A stretch of DNA of 64,000 nucleotides. It comes from Acidimicrobiales bacterium. Lineage in GTDB: Bacteria > Actinomycetota > Acidimicrobiia > Acidimicrobiales > Bog-793. This document shows, in pieces, positions 36,863 to 44,409 of this stretch (positions within the stretch are counted from its first letter, which is position 1; the number at the start of each line of letters is the position of its first letter). The notes below the pieces were generated by a model. It had not been told where the DNA came from and searched no databases. It worked only from the letters and a program-made list of their open reading frames with translations. The position numbers were made by a program, and so were the translations under genes. The stretch covers positions 3,117 to 67,116 of the forward strand of contig JBEKBT010000015.1 of assembly GCA_050015255.1 (NCBI GenBank), read 5' to 3'.

Positions 36863-39007
36863 TCAGCTGAGCTTCTCGGGCGAACGGCGTCTGCGGGCGC
36901 GCTCGAGCGCGAGCTCTTGAAGCCGTCGCTGCGCGCTGAGGCCCACGACCGGCAGCGCCCGTTTCCAGTCGCCGTTCGGGCCGAGCAGCCAAGCATTCGA
37001 GTCGTCGGCGAGGTTGAGCCCGATCGTCTCTTCCAAGCGGGCCTGCAGCTCCGTGTCGAGAACCGGCACCAGGACCTCGATCCTGCGGTCCAGGTTCCGC
37101 TCCATCAGGTCGCCAGAGCCGATCGTGTAGCGGACCTGGCGGTCACCGCCGGGGTCGCCGAAGCGGAAGATGCGGGAGTGCTCCAGGAACCGGCCGATTA
37201 TCGAGCGCACGGTGATCCGGTCGGACAATCCCGGCACGCCTGGCCGGAGGCAGCAGAGGCCTCTCACGATGAGGTCTATCCGGACACCGTCCTTCGAGGC
37301 GGCGTACAGGGCGTCGACGACCTCCGGGTCGGTCAGCCCGTTCACCTTGATTGTGATCCGACCCGACTCGCCAGCCGCCGCTTCTTCGGCTATCTGGCTG
37401 AGGACCCAGGGGCGCATGCCGTGGGGAGCCACCACTATGCGGCGGTAGGTGCCAGGCCGGCCGTAGCCGGTCAGGTAGTTGAACAGATCGGTCAGGTCCT
37501 CACCTATGGCCGCATCGGTTGTGAACAGTCCGAGATCCTCGTATACCTTGGCCGTCTCGGAGTTGTAGTTGCCCGTCCCGATGTGGCAGTAGCGCCTCAG
37601 CCCGTCCTCCTCGCGTCGGACGACGAGGATGATCTTCGAGTGGGTCTTCAGCCCCACGAGGCCATAGACGACATGGACGCCCGCCCGTTCCAGCTGCCGT
37701 GCCCAGAGGATGTTCGCCTGCTCGTCGAAACGGGCCTTGACCTCGACGAGCGCCGCGACCTGCTTGCCCTGCTCGGCTGCACGCACGAGCGCGGAGACGA
37801 TCGCCGTGTCTTCGGAGGTGCGGTACAGCGTCTGTTTGATCGCGAGCACGTTCGGATCGTCGGCAGCCTGGGTGATGAACGCCTCGACCGAGGTGGTGAA
37901 CGAGTCGTAGGGGTGGTGAACGAGCACGTCCCGTTCGCGCAGCACGGCGAAGAGGTCGACGGGGCCGTCTCCGGCCGTGGCGAGGCGGGGTTGGGTCATC
38001 GGCACCCAGGGCGGCTCGTGGAGATCGGGCCTGTCGATCGCATGCACTGCCCAAAGCTGGCCCAGACCAAGGGGGGCAGAGCTCTCGTAGACATCGTCCA
38101 CCCCGAGCTCGAGCTCGGCCAGGAGCAGCTCCCGAACACCCTGGGGGGTGTCCCGGTCGACTTCGAGCCTCACGGCGCGGCCGAAGCGCCGCCGCCGCAG
38201 CTCCGTCTCCACGGCGGCGAGGAGATCGTCAGCCTCGCTCTCCTCGAGGTCGAGATCGGCATTGCGCGTCACTCGGAAGGCGTGATACGGCCCGATCTCC
38301 ATGTGCGGGAAGAGCCTGGGCAGGTTCGCGGCGATTAGCTGCTCGAGGGCCACAAAGCGCGAACCACCGTTGACCGGGACGAAACGGGGCAACAGGGGCG
38401 GAACCTTTACTCTCGCAAATCGCTGCTCGCGGCTGCTTGGATCGACGACAAGCACTGCGAGGTTCAAAGACAGGTTCGAGATGTAGGGGAAGGGGTGGCC
38501 GGGGTCCACCGCCAGCGGCGTGAGGACCGGGAAGATCTCCTTCTCGAAAACCCCGAGCAGCCGGGCCTTCTCGCCGTCGTCGAGCTCGTCGATGCTCGCG
38601 AGGTAGAGGCCGGCCTTGGCGAGGCTGGGCACGAGAGAAGACTCGAACACCTCGTCGCTTCGCGCCTGCAGGCGCACGCACTTCGCGCGGATGTCACGGA
38701 GCTGCTGCGAGGCAGTTCGCCCGTCCGCCGATCTGGCACGGAGGCCGGCGGCCACATGGTCCTTGAGCCCGCCGACACGTACCTGGAAGAACTCGTCGAG
38801 TCCTGAGGAGAGGATGGCGAGGAACTTCACCCGTTCGAGGAGCGGGAGCGACGTGTCTGCGGCAAGGTCCACGAGGCGATCGGCAAAGTCCAACCAGGAC
38901 AACTCACGATTGAGAAAGCGGTCGGGGCTCGTGAGAAGACTCTCGGGTGCTGTGACGTCGGCTTTCACGACCCAGACGCTACCGTGAAGTCGTGCAGCCC
39001 CTCGCAA
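36863..39007 (-). CDS. ppk: polyphosphate kinase 1
   Basis: 714-aa ORF with motifs FLNRELSWLDFADRL, LDEFFQVRV and HSKIILVVRRE, and PLD-like C-terminal domains. The true start is probably internal (for example the GTG at 38968), because the 39007 start overlaps the divergent SEDS gene. Confidence 0.92.
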   Translation of the reverse strand: MRGAARLHGSVWVVKADVTAPESLLTSPDRFLNRELSWLDFADRLVDLAADTSLPLLERVKFLAILSSGLDEFFQVRVGGLKDHVAAGLRARSADGRTASQQLRDIRAKCVRLQARSDEVFESSLVPSLAKAGLYLASIDELDDGEKARLLGVFEKEIFPVLTPLAVDPGHPFPYISNLSLNLAVLVVDPSSREQRFARVKVPPLLPRFVPVNGGSRFVALEQLIAANLPRLFPHMEIGPYHAFRVTRNADLDLEESEADDLLAAVETELRRRRFGRAVRLEVDRDTPQGVRELLLAELELGVDDVYESSAPLGLGQLWAVHAIDRPDLHEPPWVPMTQPRLATAGDGPVDLFAVLRERDVLVHHPYDSFTTSVEAFITQAADDPNVLAIKQTLYRTSEDTAIVSALVRAAEQGKQVAALVEVKARFDEQANILWARQLERAGVHVVYGLVGLKTHSKIILVVRREEDGLRRYCHIGTGNYNSETAKVYEDLGLFTTDAAIGEDLTDLFNYLTGYGRPGTYRRIVVAPHGMRPWVLSQIAEEAAAGESGRITIKVNGLTDPEVVDALYAASKDGVRIDLIVRGLCCLRPGVPGLSDRITVRSIIGRFLEHSRIFRFGDPGGDRQVRYTIGSGDLMERNLDRRIEVLVPVLDTELQARLEETIGLNLADDSNAWLLGPNGDWKRALPVVGLSAQRRLQELALERARRRRSPEKLS

Positions 39008-40518
39008 TCGCCCCGAGGGTCAGACAACGGCGCCGGAGCGAGCTCGGCCTGCTCCTCGTCGCTGTTGTCGTACTCACGTTCGCGTACCTGCTCGCGTCGC
39101 TCGGCACCTACAACACCTTGCCTGGAAACGCCTTGGAATTCATCGGCATAGCCGCGGCTTTGGCTCTCGTCGTCCACCTCGCCAACCGTTTCCTCGCCCC
39201 GGAGGCGGACCCGGTCATCATGCCCATCGTCTTGATGATGAACGGAATCGGTTTTGTGATGATCTACCGCCTCGACGTGTCGGCGCAGATGGCAGCGGAT
39301 GCGCCCTGGCACTACCAGGCGGTCTGGACCGTCCTCGGGGTCGTCGCATATGTCCTCACGCTGCTGCTCGTCCGCCGGTCGCGTGACCTCGAGCGCTACC
39401 GCTACATGCTCATGTTCGCGGCGCTCGCTCTCCTCGTCCTGCCGCTCTTTCCTTATCTCGGCAGGACCCCCGAGGCCGAGCTGAACGGAGTGAAGCTGTG
39501 GATCCGGCTCGGACCGATCACCTTTCAGCCCGTTGAGATCGCGAAGCTCCTGCTAGTGATCTTCTTCGCCTCCTATTTCGTCGAGAAACGGGAGATGCTC
39601 TCGCTCTCGACGCGCCGCGTCGGCAACCGCCTGTTGCTCGACCTGCGTCCCCTAGGTCCGATCGCTGTCGCATGGGTCGTGTCGATCATGGTGATCCTCT
39701 TCGAGCACGACATCGGCTTCTCATTGCTGCTCTTCGTGATGTTCATCGCCATGTTGTGGGTGGCGACGGGCCGTTGGACTTACGTCGTCGGTGGGCTCGT
39801 CGCCTTCGTGGCGGGCACGTTCCTGGCCGCGCACCTGCCGTTCGCGAAGGCCTTGATCGACCAGCGCGTGAGCGCCTGGATCAATCCCTGGTCGCACTAC
39901 AGCTCGTACGGCTACCAGACCGTCGTCGGAGAGCTCGCACTCGGCCGGGGCGGTCTGACCGGGTCTGGTCTCGGCCTCGGCACTCCGTACAACATTCCCG
40001 TCGCCTACAGCGACTTCATCTTCGCGGCGATCGGCGAGGAGCTGGGACTGCTCGGCACCACAGCGGTGGTCATTGGCTTCTTGCTCTTGGTCGGAGCCGG
40101 GCTCCGAGCTGCGATACGTGCCCGCTCCGAGTTCTCGCAACTCGCAGCTGTCGGCTTCACCGCCATCCTCGGGTTCCAGTCCTTCTTCATCATGGCCGGG
40201 GTGGTGCGTCTTCTCCCCCTCACCGGCGTGTCGTTGCCCTTCATCGGCTACGGCGGCTCTTCGCTGCTGGCGAACTACGTCCTCGTGGCTCTGCTGATGC
40301 GCATCTCTGACGAAGGTGCCAGTCCAGCGGGGGTCCCGGTCGGACCCCTCCATCGGGCGAGGCGGACGCGACAGCTCGCTCTTGGCGCTGCTAGAGCAGC
40401 TCCTGATCCCGACGGTGCAGCTGTGACTGCTGGGACCAGCCGGTCGCAGACTGCCTCGGGCGCCAGGCTGTCGGCGGGGGGCCAGAGTGGCTACCCGCCT
40501 GGTGGGCCGCTCGCCTAG
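38992..40518 (+). CDS. SEDS-family peptidoglycan polymerase (FtsW/RodA/SpoVE family)
   Basis: Motifs FQPVEIAKLLLVIFFASY, SDFIFAAIGEELGL and GVSLPFIGYGGSSL, with a roughly 70-aa disordered C-terminal tail. The exact start is uncertain. Confidence 0.8.
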   Translation: MQPLAIAPRVRQRRRSELGLLLVAVVVLTFAYLLASLGTYNTLPGNALEFIGIAAALALVVHLANRFLAPEADPVIMPIVLMMNGIGFVMIYRLDVSAQMAADAPWHYQAVWTVLGVVAYVLTLLLVRRSRDLERYRYMLMFAALALLVLPLFPYLGRTPEAELNGVKLWIRLGPITFQPVEIAKLLLVIFFASYFVEKREMLSLSTRRVGNRLLLDLRPLGPIAVAWVVSIMVILFEHDIGFSLLLFVMFIAMLWVATGRWTYVVGGLVAFVAGTFLAAHLPFAKALIDQRVSAWINPWSHYSSYGYQTVVGELALGRGGLTGSGLGLGTPYNIPVAYSDFIFAAIGEELGLLGTTAVVIGFLLLVGAGLRAAIRARSEFSQLAAVGFTAILGFQSFFIMAGVVRLLPLTGVSLPFIGYGGSSLLANYVLVALLMRISDEGASPAGVPVGPLHRARRTRQLALGAARAAPDPDGAAVTAGTSRSQTASGARLSAGGQSGYPPGGPLA

Positions 40519-41412
40519 TTTGCTCCCAAGGGATCGGTGCCGGCGATCGACAGCACGGCCAGCGCCGCCATGATCGGCACCGGCAGGCGCTGACGCAGTG
40601 CGAGAGCGATCCCGTCCGATGGCCGGCATTCGATCAGTCGTACCCCTTGAGGGCCGGAGAGGACCATCTCGGCACTGAACGAGCTCCCGCGGACCTCGGT
40701 GATGCGCACGACGTCGAGCGACATGCCGAATTCCTCGAACACGCGAGCGAACAGCTCGTGCGTGAGCGGCTTTGGGGTCGCCACTCCTCTCGCCGCGTAG
40801 GCGATCGCGATGCCTTCGGCTCCCCCGACCGGGATCCGTAGCTCGCGGAACGGGGCGTCCGCCTCCTGCAGCACGACGACGGGGTGAGTGGCCGGCAGCA
40901 TGAGCACGACGTCGACGAACAACATCTGTGTCATGTCCACGGGCGTGGCAAACAGGTCCGGCACCGCCTCCGTGTCCGGCACCGCCTCCGTGTCCGGCAC
41001 CGCCTCCGTGTCCGGCACCGCCTCCGTGTCCGGCACCGCCTCCGTGTCCGGCACCGCCTCCGTGTCCGGCACCGCCTTCCGGCACCGGCGGCGCCTCGAG
41101 GTCGTCGGCCACGACGGGTGCGTCCACAGCTGCCGGCTCGGCGGGCTCTGCCGGCGCGACCGGCTCTGCCGGCTTGGCGGGCTCGTTCGCCGTCGCGAGC
41201 TCGTCCGCCGTCGCGGGCTCGTCCTGCACCCGTGAGTCCCCTGCCGCCTCATCGGGCCGTTCAGGAGCATTGACCTCAGAGATCGAACCCGCGAGCGCCG
41301 TCGTCAAGGTCTCGCCGCCCGCCAGAGCCGCGACGTCGCCGTTGCTACCAGCCATCTCTGCGAGGCCGGCGCCGACGCCGACAGCCTCTCCTTCGGTGCT
41401 CATCGGACTCAT
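40515..41412 (-). pseudogene. bifunctional nuclease (DUF151) family gene with an acidic N-terminal extension and an (EAVPDT)7 repeat; the reading frame is broken by one extra base at 41077/41078
   Basis: The ATG at 41412 overlaps the rodA stop (ATGA) and opens about 111 plausible codons in frame A. The DUF151 core (from MTQMLFVDVVLMLPATHPVVVLQEADAPFRELRIPVGGAEGIAIAYA, ATG at 40934) and the repeat read sensibly only in frame B. Deleting one A gives a single 298-aa ORF. A minimal intact DUF151 CDS would be 40515..40934. Confidence 0.55.
40953..41078 (-). repeat. 7 x 18-bp tandem repeat (six identical units), coding for EAVPDT in the DUF151 frame
   Basis: The plus-strand unit gtccggcaccgcctccgt is reiterated head-to-tail with no spacers. 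Confidence 0.95.
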
Positions 41413-42575
41413 CGCCTGATCGACCTGCGCATTTCGACATTGACGACGAGCCCGACCGTAGCGAAAAACACGATCATGGCGGAGCCACCGTAGCTTACGA
41501 ACGGGAGCGGAATTCCGGCGATGGGGATGAGGCCGATGGTCATGCCCACATTCTGGAAGACCGAGAACGCCAGCAGTGCGAGCGCTCCTGAACACAGCAT
41601 CCTGCCGAGAGGATCCCTGGCGATCTGTGCGGCGCGCAACAGTCGGAACGCGATCACCCCGAACAGGGCTATGACCAGCACTCCTCCGGCGAATCCGAGC
41701 TGCTCACCCACGGCCGAGAAGATGAAGTCGGTCTGTTGAGCCGGGACGAATCCCCCGTTCGTTGCCGCGCCGTGAAAGATACCGGTGCCGAAGGCTCCGC
41801 CCGAGGCGATGGCCAGTATCGACTGCGCCAAGTTGTAGTTGGCTCCACTGGTCTGAGTGTTCTGGTGGAAGAACGACTGCAGGCGACCGAGCTCGTAGGC
41901 ATGGATCAGCCTGAAATGAATCCCCACCACCAAGCCCATGAGAGCCACAACGGCGAGAGCGCCCAGATACCTGAGTCGCACGCCCGAGGTCACGATCATG
42001 ACCGTCAGCACGACGCTCATGATCAGCGCGGTCCCAAGGTCCGGCTGCTTGTAGACGAGCAGGATAGGTACCGCGGCGAGGGCGAGCACCACGACGATGT
42101 TCCTGGGGAACATCGTTTCTTGGCGACTGCAGTAGACCGCCACGACGACGATCAGCGCCAGCGCCGCGAACTCCGAGGGTTGGATCTCGAGGGGTCCCAG
42201 GGCGAACCATCGTTGCGCTCCCAGGGAAACGTGGCCGAAGTGAGTCAGCACCGCCATGAGCGACAGGACGACGAGGCCGTAGAGCACGTACGCCCATTGC
42301 TCGAGCCAGTGATAGTCGACCAAGGCGACCACGATCATCACGACGAGGCCTATCGCAAGCCAGGCGAGCTGGCGCTTCAGATAGAACTTCGGATCTCCTC
42401 CGGCATCTATCTGCTCGACACGCGTCGCCGAATAGACCATGACCGCGCCGATCAGCGAGAGCACGACGGCGCTGCCGATCAGGATGAAGTCGCAGTGGCG
42501 CACCGCCTCCCAAGCCGGGTGCCTTTCTCTGCGATGGCTCCACCGAGCCGGCACGCTCGGGGAATGAACCGCCAT
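41409..42575 (-). CDS. rodA: SEDS-family peptidoglycan polymerase (RodA-like)
   Basis: Motifs LEIQPSEFAALALIV, TDFIFSAVGEQLGF and GIPLPFVSYGGSAM. Trimmed to the ATG at 42575 (388 aa). Confidence 0.85.
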   Translation of the reverse strand: MAVHSPSVPARWSHRRERHPAWEAVRHCDFILIGSAVVLSLIGAVMVYSATRVEQIDAGGDPKFYLKRQLAWLAIGLVVMIVVALVDYHWLEQWAYVLYGLVVLSLMAVLTHFGHVSLGAQRWFALGPLEIQPSEFAALALIVVVAVYCSRQETMFPRNIVVVLALAAVPILLVYKQPDLGTALIMSVVLTVMIVTSGVRLRYLGALAVVALMGLVVGIHFRLIHAYELGRLQSFFHQNTQTSGANYNLAQSILAIASGGAFGTGIFHGAATNGGFVPAQQTDFIFSAVGEQLGFAGGVLVIALFGVIAFRLLRAAQIARDPLGRMLCSGALALLAFSVFQNVGMTIGLIPIAGIPLPFVSYGGSAMIVFFATVGLVVNVEMRRSIRR

Positions 42576-42769
42576 GATGCCCAAGGATAACCTTGACGAC
42601 CTCGGAACTCTCTGCAGCGCCCTGCGGACCCGGCCTCGCCTGCCTCGGCATGGGAGTCTCCGCGCTCCAAGCCGCATGCTGGGGCGCTGATCTTGCCGGT
42701 TCGGCCCGCCGAGGCCGTTGGCTCACGAGCAGTAGCTGTTCGGCTCACGAGTAGCAGTCGTCGTGTCTT

Positions 42770-43813
42770 CTAGGAGTAGCCAGTCGGCTCCTCACTCCGG
42801 TCGCCGTGCCCACGGACCACCGCCCACATCACCTCGAGGGGCGGCTGCGCACCGGTCCAGAACCTGATCTGGCGGGCGGCCTGGTGCACGAGCATGCCCA
42901 GGCCGCTGCGCACGGTCGCACCCTGACGCTCGGCCTCGATCAGGAACGGGGTGACAGGCGGGTCATAAACAAGGTCCACCACGAGCTGGCCCGCCCCGAA
43001 CCACGAAGGGTCGACGCCGGCGATGACCCCACCTCGATCTGCGCCGGACTCGGGCGGTCGGGAACCTGGTTGCCCAGCTGAGCGGCTCGGGTCCTGAGGC
43101 CCTACCGGCTGGTCTGATCGGTGGGCTGTGCCTGAGCCGGCTGGCCCAAGAGACCGGGTCAACCGGGCAGGTGAGACTTCCGGGACACTGCGGGCCTCGG
43201 GCATCCCCGCGGGCGTCGCTTGAACCACCAAGTCCATCCCCCGAAGATCCTCCGGGCGCCCGACGTGGACGACCCTGGGCGCCAGTGCGACCGCGCGCCA
43301 CGCCCGGGCGGCTGTCCTGTTGACCACGACGATCTCCGCCGCACCCGCTTCGGCCAGTGCCAGCACGACTGCCCTACCTGCGCCGCCTGCGCCGATCACC
43401 CCACAACGGCGACCGGCGGGATCGAAACCCGCGCCCTGTCGCAGATCATCGAGCAAGCCATCTCCGTCACAGCTCTCTGCACGAATGGCTGTGCCCAGGA
43501 AGATCAGCGTGTTCGCGGCCCCCAGTCGCCGGACTTGTCGCGAATGGCGGGTCGCCACTCGGGCCGCTGCCTCCTTGTGGGGCATGGTCACCGAGAGGCC
43601 ACGCAAGCCCAGTGCCGCCGCGCCGACCACTGCCGTGTCCAGCGACCCCGGAGGCACCTCGAAGGCGTGGTAACACCAGTCCAGACCCATCACGGCGTAG
43701 GCCGCGTTGTGCAACCGGGGCGAGAGCGAGTGGCTGACCGGAAAGCCGACCACGCCCACGATCGCAGTCGTCGGAGCGGGCCAGAGGGCCTTTGGACGGG
43801 TACCAGCTGACAT
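42770..43813 (-). CDS. aroE: shikimate dehydrogenase with an internal low-complexity insertion
   Basis: Motifs FPVSHSLSPRLHN, SVTMPHK, VIGAGGAGRAV and VVDLVYDPPVTPFL. The start is taken as the ATG at 43813; the track start at 43885 overlaps ruvX. Confidence 0.85.
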   Translation of the reverse strand: MSAGTRPKALWPAPTTAIVGVVGFPVSHSLSPRLHNAAYAVMGLDWCYHAFEVPPGSLDTAVVGAAALGLRGLSVTMPHKEAAARVATRHSRQVRRLGAANTLIFLGTAIRAESCDGDGLLDDLRQGAGFDPAGRRCGVIGAGGAGRAVVLALAEAGAAEIVVVNRTAARAWRAVALAPRVVHVGRPEDLRGMDLVVQATPAGMPEARSVPEVSPARLTRSLGPAGSGTAHRSDQPVGPQDPSRSAGQPGSRPPESGADRGGVIAGVDPSWFGAGQLVVDLVYDPPVTPFLIEAERQGATVRSGLGMLVHQAARQIRFWTGAQPPLEVMWAVVRGHGDRSEEPTGYS

Positions 43814-43854
43814 CTGAGCAAGTTCGGACAGCTCGGGGGGGTCGATGGACTTGC

Positions 43855-44409
43855 TCACGACTCGCCCCGTTGCTGGTCCAACCACGACTGCAGAAGGACC
43901 GTCGCAGCCACTGCGTCGATCCCGACCCTGTCGTCCCCAGCGGCGCCCGCTTGGGATCGGCGCCCTTGCCGCCCTCGTGGGCGGCCTCGCTCGCCAGCGC
44001 GGCCTCTCCCGGGATCGGACGGCAAGCGCCGGCGGCGGGCGGCCTCGACGGTCGTCAGGCGCTCATCATGCAGCACGACCGGAACGTCGAGCTCGCTTTG
44101 CAGCGCGGCAGCCTCGGCCATCGCCGCCCGGGCCGCGGGGCCCGAGTGGCCCGAGAGCGACAGAGGAAGCCCGACCACGACGAGGCCGGCGCCGAGCTCC
44201 GAGACCAGAGCCGCGACGGCCCGGTGATCTGCACCCTGCTCGCCGCTGCGCGCGATCACCGAGTGCGGGCTCGCGAGCACCCGACGCGAGTCGCTCAGCG
44301 ACATCCCGATGCGGCGTTGCCCGAGGTCGATGCCGATCACGCGCCGTCCCGGCGCTGGCCCGGTCTCATTCAGCTCCGGGTCGCTCTGACCGCCCGTCAA
44401 GCCGGTCAA
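43855..44409 (-). CDS. ruvX: Holliday junction resolvase-like nuclease YqgF/RuvX
   Basis: Motifs IGIDLGQRRIGMSLSD, VVGLPLSLSG and HDERLTT. It has a 4-nt overlap with the alaS stop. Confidence 0.85.
   Translation of the reverse strand: MTGLTGGQSDPELNETGPAPGRRVIGIDLGQRRIGMSLSDSRRVLASPHSVIARSGEQGADHRAVAALVSELGAGLVVVGLPLSLSGHSGPAARAAMAEAAALQSELDVPVVLHDERLTTVEAARRRRLPSDPGRGRAGERGRPRGRQGRRSQAGAAGDDRVGIDAVAATVLLQSWLDQQRGES

Noticed and set aside
35468-38338. A 956-aa plus-strand ORF spanning the whole of ppx, the ppx-ppk spacer and most of ppk.
   Set aside because: This is an antisense shadow ORF. ppx and ppk are in the same reading phase (their start positions differ by a multiple of 3). In high-GC3 genes the complementary frame rarely contains stops, because TTA, CTA and TCA sense codons are rare. 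The translated product is Arg/Asp/Gly-rich with no recognisable motifs, whereas both sense-strand genes carry unmistakable family motifs.
38992-39007. A 16-bp overlap of the divergent start codons of ppk and the SEDS gene.
   Set aside because: This is most likely a longest-ORF artefact. ppk has an in-frame GTG at 38968 just before its conserved N-terminal region, which removes the overlap.
39721-41076. The downstream two-thirds of the 624-aa minus-strand ORF 39721..41595, which overlaps the DUF151 gene and the SEDS gene.
   Set aside because: After the 18-bp repeat this frame reads GGAGHG repeats followed by Arg/His-rich nonsense, and it runs antisense through a well-supported SEDS gene. Only the segment 41079..41412 looks coding (see the finding on the DUF151 gene).
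40953-41078. Whether the 18-bp, 21-bp and 15-bp repeat arrays could be CRISPR arrays.
   Set aside because: The units are strictly head-to-tail with no spacers, are shorter than CRISPR repeats, and lie inside coding frames. No cas genes are present.
42720-42765. A direct repeat GGCTCACGAG occurring twice, 22 nt apart, just downstream of the aroE stop.
   Set aside because: It is only two short copies with no associated hairpin or ORF. That is insufficient to call an element. It may simply be part of the rodA promoter or aroE terminator region.
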